Assembly (NCBI GenBank): GCA_964605095.1
Contig: CAZSBS010000003.1
Coordinates: 1-43,112, forward strand
From: an uncultured Planctomycetaceae bacterium
GTDB taxonomy: Bacteria; Planctomycetota; Phycisphaerae; SM23-33
DNA: 43,112 bases
Direction: 5' to 3'
A model generated the notes under the pieces. That model did not search any database, had not been told where the DNA came from, and was given only the letters and a program-made list of their open reading frames with translations. Of this stretch, positions 26,955 through 34,784 are shown piece by piece. The first letter of the stretch is position 1; each line of letters opens with the position of its first letter. The position numbers were made by a program, and so were the translations under genes.

Positions 26955-28004
26955 TTATCTGTGCTCCTTCGGTCGTGGGAACCGTTTGAGGATCCACATC
27001 ATTATCTCGCTGAGCATACATCGCCCGACGGGGTCGGTGTAGCAGTCTGTCAACTGCGGCATTGTCACGGCCAGGACGACGCCCTTGTCGAGCGGTCGCG
27101 CCACGGCCAGGGTATATCGGGCGGCGGGGCATCCCCCCGTGGCCTCGCCACGTGTTTCGAACCAGACAAGCACCTCGGCGTTAGGGTCCGCCGCAAGGGC
27201 GCAGGCTAACGTCGGCCTGGCAAAGTCCGACTCCCTGACCGTCGAGGCAAGCCCTTCCGCTAGGCGGACCTCGGCGGCCCTCGGCGCGGGCAGTTCGGTT
27301 CGCCTCACGCCCAGCGTCTCCCACCCGGCGGGGGGGTTTAGGACGACAAGCGCCATGCCCTGGCGAACCCGGCCCGCCATTGCCGCGCAGGCGGCGGCGA
27401 GCATATTCGCGTCGTCGAACCCGGCCATGATCACGATCCCGCCGCGAAAGAAGTCGTTCTCCAGTTGCGGCCTGAGGTCCGTGAACGCCACTTCCTGCGC
27501 TTTCATCGCGGCCTGCACAAGGCCGTGGGGGTCCATAAGGCCCAGCCCGCGATTAGCCAGGGTTGCCCGGACATCTCGAAGCATCATGGCGGGCAAAATG
27601 TCAACTCGACGCGAAGCCTCCCGGCCCGCACTGAGGACCGACAACGCCGCCTCGGTGCGCACCAGCACGTCAGGCAGCGTAACGCTCGCCTGACCGCGCC
27701 CCAAGGCATCCAGCCGGGCCAAGCCTCGTCCGAGGACCACCTTGCCGCATCGCAGTTCCCACGCCGCCTCGCCGCCGGGCGCGGCCGATATTGCCGCCAG
27801 CAGTTGGCTGCCTCCCAGGCACGCCTTGGCCGGCTGGGGCTCCGCCTGTGCGGCGACCAGGTCCACCGGGACTATCGAGACTATCTCCGCCCGTGCCGGC
27901 CGGCTGACGGGCCTCGATTGCCCACCCGCAATCGGGCAAATAAGACAAATCCCGCCCACCATCCTCATCGCCGCCATCACGTTCCACTTTCTACCCCCGA
28001 ACAT
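26955..28004 (-). CDS. secreted hypothetical protein (349 aa)
   Basis: An AAGGAG RBS lies 8 nt before the ATG at 28004. The N-terminal hydrophobic segment is MAAMRMVGGICLICPIAGG. The composition is protein-like and the stop lies 1 nt before the next start. I recognise no family. Confidence 0.65.
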   Translation of the reverse strand: MFGGRKWNVMAAMRMVGGICLICPIAGGQSRPVSRPARAEIVSIVPVDLVAAQAEPQPAKACLGGSQLLAAISAAPGGEAAWELRCGKVVLGRGLARLDALGRGQASVTLPDVLVRTEAALSVLSAGREASRRVDILPAMMLRDVRATLANRGLGLMDPHGLVQAAMKAQEVAFTDLRPQLENDFFRGGIVIMAGFDDANMLAAACAAMAGRVRQGMALVVLNPPAGWETLGVRRTELPAPRAAEVRLAEGLASTVRESDFARPTLACALAADPNAEVLVWFETRGEATGGCPAARYTLAVARPLDKGVVLAVTMPQLTDCYTDPVGRCMLSEIMMWILKRFPRPKEHR

Positions 28005-28048
28005 TGCATTAGCTCCTTTTCCAACCCGCCGGCACGTGGCTTCATGGA

Positions 28049-28966
28049 TCAGCTCACGCCCGCGTTTAGAGGAAGGGCCTGGATGATTACCCGCAGGTCC
28101 TTGCCGGCGACCCTGAGCCAGCCGATCTCCTCGGCGCCGTTGCCCACCCGCACTTTCCCGCTGATGCCAACCGAATTCTCGCCGCCATGGCCGACGGTCA
28201 GGGCAACGTTGGTGTGGCTACCGGACGAGTCCACCTCCATGTTCAGCGGCATGCCCCAAAGCCTGCCGACATCCGCCAGGGACAGCCTGCCTATCGCCTG
28301 CCGGGGCAGCAGAAGGTTGCTCCTTTCCACCACCTTGCCGTCGGCGGAAACGAGGATAAGCCGAACCACGATCGGCCGGTCCGCCTCGGTCGGCTTGGGG
28401 CCGTTGACATATCCGAACTCGCCGCTTTGGCCGCTCAGGAGGATCCACGGGCGGGAGGCCTCAGCCCCGTCGGCAACCTCAGCCCAGATGTTTCGCAGGC
28501 GCTGCATCTCGGCGGGCTGCAATTGGCTTGCGGGGATCGGATCGGTCCCATTGACACCGGCTAACATCTGCCGGCGCAGGAGCACGTTGGTCTGGTGGAC
28601 ATCCACCGCCAGGAAAATGGACGCCGCCACGACCGCCGCGCCAGCCAGCCGCCAGAATGCCCTTCTCCCGAGCGGCAACACCAATCGCCGCCGGATCGCG
28701 GGGCTGGCGGCGTCAGCATGTTCCCCGCCGGTTCGGGACCCGGCAAGGGCTGTCGGCAGGTTGATTGGCAGCGACCGGTCGTCCACGGGGTACCCGTAGG
28801 CTGCCCTGGCCAACTCCCGCGTCTGGATCATCTCGCCCAGCAGGCCGCGAAGATGCTCATCCCGGGCGATCCGCTTGAGCAGGGCCACTCGTTCCGCGTC
28901 GTCGCACCGGCCGCACAAGAGAGCGTGAATCGAGCGTTCCGTATCGAGTTGTTCCTGTTCAGTCAT
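28049..28966 (-). CDS. zinc-binding (ZAS-type) anti-sigma factor, single-pass membrane protein
   Basis: H-x3-C-x2-C is present as HALLCGRC at residues 14-21. The TM helix is FWRLAGAAVVAASIFLAV. A ~170-aa extracytoplasmic domain follows. The start overlaps the sigma factor stop (ATGA). Confidence 0.8.
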   Translation of the reverse strand: MTEQEQLDTERSIHALLCGRCDDAERVALLKRIARDEHLRGLLGEMIQTRELARAAYGYPVDDRSLPINLPTALAGSRTGGEHADAASPAIRRRLVLPLGRRAFWRLAGAAVVAASIFLAVDVHQTNVLLRRQMLAGVNGTDPIPASQLQPAEMQRLRNIWAEVADGAEASRPWILLSGQSGEFGYVNGPKPTEADRPIVVRLILVSADGKVVERSNLLLPRQAIGRLSLADVGRLWGMPLNMEVDSSGSHTNVALTVGHGGENSVGISGKVRVGNGAEEIGWLRVAGKDLRVIIQALPLNAGVS

Positions 28967-29550
28967 GATATGCCTTCCGGAAAGTCCCGCTGCATGATGG
29001 TCCGCAGTTGCTTGCGGGCCTCATGCACGCGTGAGCCGACGGTGCCAACCGGCACCTTCAAGACCCCGGCCGCCTCTTCGTAGGTGTACCCGTCCACCAC
29101 TGTCGCCACGAAGGCCGACCGCAGCGCTACCGGCAACTCTTCTATGGCCTGCCGCAGGTGTTGCATCGGCTCGTCCATGTCGTGCCGCCTCCCTGTCGAA
29201 TTGCCGTCCACCAGCATCAGGGCCCATTCGTCAATAGCCTGCGACGGCCCCGATAACCGCTTCCGCCGCCAGTCGGTAACACAATTGACAAGAATCCGAT
29301 GCAGCCACGTTGTCGGCAGCGACCGGCCGTTAAAGGCGCCCCAACTGCCCAGCGCCTTTAGAAATGCCTGCTGGGTCAGGTCCGACGCGTCGTCGTGGCT
29401 TCCCGTCATCCTCAATGCTGTCCGAAACAGCCTGGGATACCACGCGCTGATCTGTTCATCTGTCGGCCTTGTCACTGCCGCGTCGGCTCCCAGTCTTTTA
29501 CATGATCCCCGAATCGCCGTCCCACACCCGCTACATATGAGACGGTCCAA
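28963..29550 (-). CDS. ECF-type RNA polymerase sigma factor
   Basis: Region 2 reads YPRLFRTALRMTGSHDDASDLTQQAFLKAL...WLHRILVNCVTDWRRKR. Region 4 reads LPVALRSAFVATVVDGYTYEEAAGVLKVPVGTVGSRVHEARKQL. The start is uncertain: TTG at 29550 in the track, or an alternative GTG at 29475. Confidence 0.88.
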   Translation of the reverse strand: MDRLICSGCGTAIRGSCKRLGADAAVTRPTDEQISAWYPRLFRTALRMTGSHDDASDLTQQAFLKALGSWGAFNGRSLPTTWLHRILVNCVTDWRRKRLSGPSQAIDEWALMLVDGNSTGRRHDMDEPMQHLRQAIEELPVALRSAFVATVVDGYTYEEAAGVLKVPVGTVGSRVHEARKQLRTIMQRDFPEGIS

Positions 29551-29580
29551 GGTACTTATAATTCGGTCAGGGGGCCATTT

Positions 29581-29609
29581 TATTTATCGTCCCCCTGGGG
29601 GCCTGCGAA
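29581..29609 (-). promoter_or_regulatory. possible promoter of the ECF operon: TTCGCA - 17 nt - TAAATA
   Basis: On the minus strand TTCGCA lies at 29609..29604 and TAAATA at 29586..29581. The spacer forms the hairpin CAGGGGG...CCCCCTG. Confidence 0.3.
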
Positions 29610-29868
29610 TTCTGGCCGCTGACTGCCGGAGCGACTATGACTACAGCCCCTATCTCATAAGCTCAATCGAGGTCAGAGTGGCAACTCGCCACTTCCACTA
29701 GACGATCTATCAGACCCTTTCAAGGAGCGCCCCTAATTGTCGCTTGACAACGGTGGCTGGTTCGGGACCGGGGGAAGGCCACGAGGAGATGCGAACCGAT
29801 CGCCATTCTGCGGTGATTCTGCCGCAGATTAGTGTTCGGAATCTCGGGCATTTATGTCGGCCCACCCC

Positions 29869-29899
29869 AAAACCCCTGTTTTACATTTTAAGGGGTTTT
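29869..29899. terminator. A-tract/stem/T-tract hairpin downstream of tRNA-Val; weak, possibly bidirectional terminator
   Basis: AAAACCCCT (29869-29877), a 13-nt loop, then AGGGGTTTT (29891-29899). It starts 10 nt after the tRNA 3' end on the minus strand. Confidence 0.35.
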
Positions 29900-29909
29900 G
29901 TGATGTTGA

Positions 29910-29983
29910 TGGGCGTTGCTGGGCTCGAACCAGCGACCTCCTCCTTGTAAGGGAGGCGCTCTAGCCAACTGAGCTAAACGCCC
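29910..29983 (-). tRNA. tRNA-Val, anticodon TAC
   Basis: The reverse complement is GGGCGTT-TA-GCTC-AGTTGGCTA-GAGC-G-CCTCC-CTTACAA-GGAGG-AGGTC-GCTGG-TTCGAGC-CCAGC-AACGCCC-A. This folds as a perfect cloverleaf of 74 nt. CCA is not encoded. Confidence 0.93.
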
Positions 29984-29994
29984 GCGAACGGGGC

Positions 29995-30023
29995 AGTATA
30001 ACGGCAATGTCCCGGACCTGCAA
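29995..30023 (-). promoter_or_regulatory. putative tRNA-Val promoter: TTGCAG - 17 nt - TATACT
   Basis: On the minus strand TTGCAG lies at 30023..30018 and TATACT at 30000..29995. The -10 box ends 11 nt before the mature 5' end. Confidence 0.5.
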
Positions 30024-30159
30024 GATTGCCGCCGTTTTGTTTTTCCCGGCTACCCCCTCGGCTTCGCTCGGGGTAAACCGGCTACCTACCAAATCCATTC
30101 CATGCGTTTTCTCCACACATTTTCCCCACATTTTCCCCAGACATTCCCCCCGGATTTCC

Positions 30160-30188
30160 TTGACACCCAGGATAGAGCCGCCTACACT
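30160..30188 (+). promoter_or_regulatory. putative nrdR promoter: TTGACA - 17 nt - TACACT
   Basis: TTGACA lies at 30160-30165 and TACACT at 30183-30188, 50 nt upstream of the ATG. It is preceded by direct repeats ACATTTTCCCC x2 (30118-30150). Confidence 0.55.
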
Positions 30189-30238
30189 ACAGGTTGTGCC
30201 ATACATAGAAGCGGCTCCCTCTATAGGGGTGCATTGCG

Positions 30239-30748
30239 ATGCAGTGTCCCTTCTGCGGACAGGATAAGGACCGGGTAATCGACTCGCGCAGCAGCGACGG
30301 AGGGCGGGTGGTCCGCCGCCGCCGCCAGTGCGAAGCGTGCAGCCGGCGTTTTACCACGTACGAGCGTGTCGAGGAGACAGTGCGCCTGACGGTTCTCAAG
30401 AAGGACGGCTCGCGTCAGCCATACGACCGCCAGAAGGTGATCCAGGGCTTGGGGCAAGCCTGCTACAAACGCCCGGTCACGGATGCGCAGATTCGCGGGA
30501 TCGTGGAGGCGACGGAAGAGGACATTTTCCGCCAGTTCGAGAAGGATGTTCCGTCGGACTTCATCGGCGACACGGTTGGCCGGCACTTAGAGAGCATTGA
30601 CAAAATTGCTTACATTCGATTCGCCAGCGTATACCGCCAGTTCGCGGATGTCGGCGAATTGATCGAAGAAGCCAAGGGCGTCAAGGAGATGCCCGCGTGC
30701 GGCCCGGAACAGAAGGACCTGTTCGAGGACAACGAGAAGCCTGGATAG
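30239..30748 (+). CDS. nrdR: transcriptional repressor NrdR (zinc ribbon plus ATP-cone)
   Basis: MQCPFCGQDKDRVIDSRSSDGGRVVRRRRQCEACSRRFTTYERVEE is the invariant NrdR zinc-ribbon N-terminus. The ATP-cone follows (LTVLKKDGSRQPYDRQKV). Confidence 0.95.
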   Translation: MQCPFCGQDKDRVIDSRSSDGGRVVRRRRQCEACSRRFTTYERVEETVRLTVLKKDGSRQPYDRQKVIQGLGQACYKRPVTDAQIRGIVEATEEDIFRQFEKDVPSDFIGDTVGRHLESIDKIAYIRFASVYRQFADVGELIEEAKGVKEMPACGPEQKDLFEDNEKPG

Positions 30749-30752
30749 CGAG

Positions 30753-30816
30753 CCGGAACAAGTGAGCATTTTCCGGTGTCAAAATTCGAAATCGAAAGCA
30801 CGAAATTCGAATTTTG
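30753..30816. repeat. hairpin plus an A/T-rich palindromic, CGAAA-word repeat between nrdR and the next gene
   Basis: The hairpin is CCGGAA-12 nt-TTCCGG (30753-30776). Next, CAAAATTCGAA (30780-30790) is the inverted repeat of TTCGAATTTTG (30806-30816). CGAAA/CGAAT words recur about every 7 nt. Confidence 0.8.
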
Positions 30817-30849
30817 ATTGCCCAGGCTACAGGACAAGGAAGGTGCTGC

Positions 30850-31401
30850 GTGGACGGATCAAGGAAGATCCGAGTCATTAAGGGCGACTCGACGGAGGAG
30901 CCCTTCGATGCCCGCAAGCTGGCCGCGTCCATGTTCCGCGCGATGGAGGGCAGGCGGGGGCGCCTGTACGACGCGGTTCAACTTTCAATCGCCATCGGCA
31001 TTTACCTCAAGCGAAGCTCCTTGCTGACCGTTACCTCCGATGCCCTGAGCGAGTTTGCGGTCAAGGTGCTCCGGCGATGCCGGCTGAGCGAGGCCGCCTC
31101 AGCCATGGAAGACTTCCGCCAGCGGCGCCGTATCCGCCGCACGCGGCTTGCCGTGCGGCACGAGGGCGGCAAGGTGACCATGTGGGACAAGGGTTGGCTC
31201 AGTTCGTGGGCCCAGAGCAGTTGGCTGCTGTCCAGGACCACGAGCCGCATCCTGGCTGGGCAGGTCGAGCGGGAGTTGCTGGACAGCGAGGCCATTGTCG
31301 TTTCCCGGCTGGAGGTTCTGGACATGCTCAACCGCCGCGTGGCAGAATACGGCCTGGCCGACGCCGTGCCGGTGCGTCAGCCGGCAACCACCGCGAGGTA
31401 A
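30850..31401 (+). CDS. stand-alone protein made of two ATP-cone-like domains
   Basis: The preferred start is GTG at 30850, with AAGGAAGG 6 nt upstream; the track ATG is at 30814. The first cone reads IRVIKGDSTEEPFDARKLAASMFRAM...VTSDALSEFAVKVL. The second, more divergent, reads LAVRHEGGKVTMWDKGWLSS...VSRLEVLDMLNRRVAEYG. Confidence 0.65.
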   Translation: MDGSRKIRVIKGDSTEEPFDARKLAASMFRAMEGRRGRLYDAVQLSIAIGIYLKRSSLLTVTSDALSEFAVKVLRRCRLSEAASAMEDFRQRRRIRRTRLAVRHEGGKVTMWDKGWLSSWAQSSWLLSRTTSRILAGQVERELLDSEAIVVSRLEVLDMLNRRVAEYGLADAVPVRQPATTAR

Positions 31402-31408
31402 TGAGCTG

Positions 31409-34168
31409 ATGACTGAACGTGAATCACATACGACGGCCAGGGCGGGATCGCCCGATACGGGCAAAGCCGAGTCGCTTCTGGACCGCGCCCCCGGCGGGGC
31501 CGGAAGGAATATCCTGCTTGCCGTGGCGCTGGCGACTGTCGTCCTGGCCGTAATGATGGTCTGGTCCGTGCCGCGCCCCACGGGAGACCTCTATGTCGGC
31601 CTGGCGGCGGGGCGAGACATCATGGCCGGCAAGATGGGGCAGGTCGATGACTGGTCCTTCATGACCGAAGGCAGGGTCTGGATCAACCAGAACTGGGGCA
31701 CGAACCTGCTGTACTGGATTTCCAATGAGCTCGGCGGCGAGGCGGGGCTTCTGGTCCTCAAGGTCCTGATCATAATGACGGGGACGCTTTTCCTGATCCT
31801 GGCCTGCCGGCGGCGCGACGCGGACTGGCCCGTGGCGCTGCTAGTCTCGGCCGGGGTTATCGCGGCCGGGAGAAGCTTCATCGACCTTCGTCCAAACCTG
31901 ACCACGCTGATGTTCGTGCCGGTCATGCTCCACCTGCTCTACCGCACCACGGAAAAGCCGGGGCGGATCTGGCTGACGATGCTGGTCTTCGGCGTGATAT
32001 GGGCGAACCTGCACGGCGGGTTCACGCTGGGCCTGCTGGCGATGTTCTTCTGGGCGACGTGCGTGGTGATCCTGCCGATGCTCGGGCGGGAGAGGCTGGC
32101 GGCGTGGGTGCCGGGCGTTGCCATCGCGGCCTCGGTCGCCGCGAGCTTGTGGTACATTGTCGACGCAAACTCCGGTGCCGCGGTCACGCGGTCGGTCGTC
32201 GGCCCGACGCGCTCCCTCATCGTCATGGTCTTGCGAAACCTGCTTGCACCCGAGGTCATCTGGTCCGGCGTGGGCTTCGCCTCGACGCTGGCAATCTGGT
32301 ACGGCATCCGCCGGAGCGTCAGTAGAGGCGGCCAAGCCGGCCCAGGCGGCGGGGGCGAGCCGGTCGCGGATCGCATCAAGGAGCACCTTCGGGCGAAGTG
32401 GCCTTACCTGGCGGCGGCGTTTGGGGCGGTGGTGCTGGCGGGCGTTGTTACTCCGTTCGGCATACACAACGCATTCCGCGACTTCAGCAAGCTGAGCATG
32501 CCCTTCTGGGAGATGTGGAACCTGACGCATCCGCTCGTGGTGACGTTTGGCGCGGACAGCGACGTCTGGCGTAGCGTGATCGAGTGGAACAGCATTTTCA
32601 CAGCCTCGCCCAGCACGTTCGGCACGTCGTGGGAGTTTTTCGGCATCGTGGGTCTTTTCTGCACGCTGGCGCCACTGGGCGTGGCGATCAAGATCAGCCA
32701 GCGCAAACTGCTGGACGTCGAGGACTATGTCCTGCTGGCTGTGATCGTTGGCCTGTGCGTGGCCATAGTCGCCCAGGCTGCGCCCGTTCACAGTGAGTTC
32801 GGCAAGATGATCGACAAGGCTGAATTCGAGCACAGCGTCTCAGCCGACGCGCTGCACAGCGTCCAACTCCAATACTACGGCTGGCTTACGGTGATGATCG
32901 TCTACCCGCTGATAGGGCTGTTTACGGTTGGCGTTTCAATTGCGGTGATATCGGCCTGGATGGTCCGGCGGGAGATGGCGCCGTGGAGCGCCGAGCGGAT
33001 CGGCATCGTGGTCTTCGACGTCTGCATGGCGGCGGGGGGAATCAAGATGGCCTTCGGCGCCCGGAGGTTCATGCCGCTGGCGCTGATGCTGCTGGCGCCG
33101 CTGCTGGCGCGCCGCATGCAGTGGCTGGTCGGCTGGGTGGGCGACATTGTGACTGGCCGGGAGGATCCCGGCCGCGAAGAGGCCGGTCGGGGGGCCGCCG
33201 CCGCGAAGCCGCAGTTCACCCCGGCCCAGGGGCTAACTTGGCACCTGCCGACCATCTTCATCGGCCTGGCTGTCATGGTCGTCATCGGCATCCAGGCCGT
33301 GGCGAACTACAAACGCTACCGCACCGACAGCCCGCTTGTGCAATACCGAAGTGTGCTGAAGAACATGATCGTCTACCAGATGTTCTGTCCGCACGCCAAG
33401 GACTTCATCGTGGCCAACGACCTGTCCGGCAGGTGCTTCAACGAATGGAGGTGGGAGGGCTACCTGCGCTGGTACTGCCCGAAGCTCAAGATGCTCATCG
33501 GCGGGCGGGCCCAGCAGGCCTACGCGATCGAAACCTATAAGTTCCAGCGGAACCTGCTCGGAGGCCTGGTGCCGCTGAGCAAGCTTCAGGATATGGGCGT
33601 CCGGTGGGTGATCGTCCCGATGAACGGCACGTACGACTCGTTCATTCGCAGGGCCGTGTCTGACCCGGGCGCGGTGTGGGTGCCGATCTTCTACGACGGC
33701 GAGAACGTAATCCTCGCCAACTCCCGCCTGCCGGAGTGCCGGGAAGTCATCCGCCGGTGCCTCGCCTCGACACTGGCGTACCCCAACAAGGCCTACGCGC
33801 ACCTCAGCAGGGGCATGTGCCTGAACTCCGCGGTGATAAACCTTCCCATCCAGGCCTTGGCGGACATCAAGAAGGCCCAGCAGCTCGAGCCGATATCCAT
33901 GTCCTACGTCATGCTGAGCGAACTGTACAGTCGCGTGCCCCTCGAAAAGGGCGAGATCAACTATCTCGAAGGCGAGAACCGTCGCCTGGAGAAAATGGAC
34001 TACCATTGCCTTAACGGCTTCGAGATACTCCGCAGCCGCTACTACGCGCTGAGCCTGCTTGCCCGGTACTACAGGCAGACCGAGCAGCAAACCGAGCTAG
34101 CCCGCGTCGCCGCCGAGACGGCGGAGTTGAATGACCTGATGGGCCGCATCCTCGACGAGTGGGACTGA
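31409..34168 (+). CDS. large polytopic membrane protein, GT-C/PMT-like (tentative), with a C-terminal TPR-like soluble domain
   Basis: The ATG at 31409 lies 8 nt after the previous stop. The upstream part of the track ORF overlaps the ATP-cone gene. About 15 hydrophobic helices are visible. The first loop reads DLYVGLAAGRDIMAGKMGQVDDWSFMTEGRVWINQNWG. The C-terminal ~250 aa are helical-repeat-like. Confidence 0.7.
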   Translation: MTERESHTTARAGSPDTGKAESLLDRAPGGAGRNILLAVALATVVLAVMMVWSVPRPTGDLYVGLAAGRDIMAGKMGQVDDWSFMTEGRVWINQNWGTNLLYWISNELGGEAGLLVLKVLIIMTGTLFLILACRRRDADWPVALLVSAGVIAAGRSFIDLRPNLTTLMFVPVMLHLLYRTTEKPGRIWLTMLVFGVIWANLHGGFTLGLLAMFFWATCVVILPMLGRERLAAWVPGVAIAASVAASLWYIVDANSGAAVTRSVVGPTRSLIVMVLRNLLAPEVIWSGVGFASTLAIWYGIRRSVSRGGQAGPGGGGEPVADRIKEHLRAKWPYLAAAFGAVVLAGVVTPFGIHNAFRDFSKLSMPFWEMWNLTHPLVVTFGADSDVWRSVIEWNSIFTASPSTFGTSWEFFGIVGLFCTLAPLGVAIKISQRKLLDVEDYVLLAVIVGLCVAIVAQAAPVHSEFGKMIDKAEFEHSVSADALHSVQLQYYGWLTVMIVYPLIGLFTVGVSIAVISAWMVRREMAPWSAERIGIVVFDVCMAAGGIKMAFGARRFMPLALMLLAPLLARRMQWLVGWVGDIVTGREDPGREEAGRGAAAAKPQFTPAQGLTWHLPTIFIGLAVMVVIGIQAVANYKRYRTDSPLVQYRSVLKNMIVYQMFCPHAKDFIVANDLSGRCFNEWRWEGYLRWYCPKLKMLIGGRAQQAYAIETYKFQRNLLGGLVPLSKLQDMGVRWVIVPMNGTYDSFIRRAVSDPGAVWVPIFYDGENVILANSRLPECREVIRRCLASTLAYPNKAYAHLSRGMCLNSAVINLPIQALADIKKAQQLEPISMSYVMLSELYSRVPLEKGEINYLEGENRRLEKMDYHCLNGFEILRSRYYALSLLARYYRQTEQQTELARVAAETAELNDLMGRILDEWD

Positions 34169-34360
34169 CGCGGCGTCAGTTGGTCGGGTACAGGCGGCCG
34201 GGTACCGGCCGAGGAAATGGACAACTCCCCGCTTTTCGGCTGGTGCCAATGCGGGGGCGACAAAAATTATGGGCACACCATGCATAAATATAACACCAGT
34301 AGTTGCATGATGTTGGGTAACAAAGTGGGCCGCAATATTCAGTCGGCGAGTGGATTTTTC

Positions 34361-34390
34361 TTGAATAAAATACTATCATGTGATAGTATT
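34361..34390 (+). promoter_or_regulatory. near-consensus promoter (TTGAAT - 17 nt - TAGTAT) with an embedded perfect palindromic operator
   Basis: TTGAAT lies at 34361-34366 and TAGTAT at 34384-34389. The palindrome is AATACTATCA-TG-TGATAGTATT at 34369-34390. An AGGAG RBS sits at 34399-34403. Confidence 0.6.
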
Positions 34391-34412
34391 ATGCCGATTA
34401 GGAGTTAGGCTG

Positions 34413-34784
34413 ATGGCCACTAGGGACGAGGTCCTCAGCTTTCTAAGCCTGTTCAAGGGCTGCGTCATCCTTGACCGGTATATGGTCAAGAACAAAGAAA
34501 AGAACCGCCAGGGACTGATCAACCTTGGTATCACGCCTGACCAACGCCGCGAGACTTTGCTGGGGCTTACGCCTGAGGATTATCACGCCGGCCCCAAGCC
34601 CGACGACACCGATTACACCAAGGAGGTGTGGGAGTTCGGCCGCGACGTTGGGGGCGTGGAGGTGTACATCAAACTGCGGGTTGTTAAGGACCCTCGGAAA
34701 AAGGGTGTATATCACGCTACGGTCTGGTCTTTTCACCCGGCCGAGCACCCGATGAAATACCCGTTACGGGGAGCCGACCAATGA
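34413..34784 (+). CDS. MqsR-like type II toxin (123 aa)
   Basis: The ATG at 34413 lies 9 nt after AGGAG. The layout LINLGITPDQRRETLLGLTPEDYHAGPKPDDTDYTKEVWEFGRDVGGVEVYIKLRV parallels the MqsR core (LG-L...DFYKSMT...VWQDVY...YLKITV). The gene precedes its antitoxin and overlaps it by ATGA, as in mqsRA. Confidence 0.65.
   Translation: MATRDEVLSFLSLFKGCVILDRYMVKNKEKNRQGLINLGITPDQRRETLLGLTPEDYHAGPKPDDTDYTKEVWEFGRDVGGVEVYIKLRVVKDPRKKGVYHATVWSFHPAEHPMKYPLRGADQ

Noticed and set aside
29744-29950. 68-aa plus-strand ORF
   Set aside because: Its 3' end is the antisense of the tRNA-Val gene (..LEPATSSL). It has no RBS.
30183-30215. NrdR box in the nrdR promoter (ACACTACAGGTTGTG)
   Set aside because: It is only loosely palindromic and does not fit the 16-bp acaCwAtATaTwGtgt-type consensus well enough to call.
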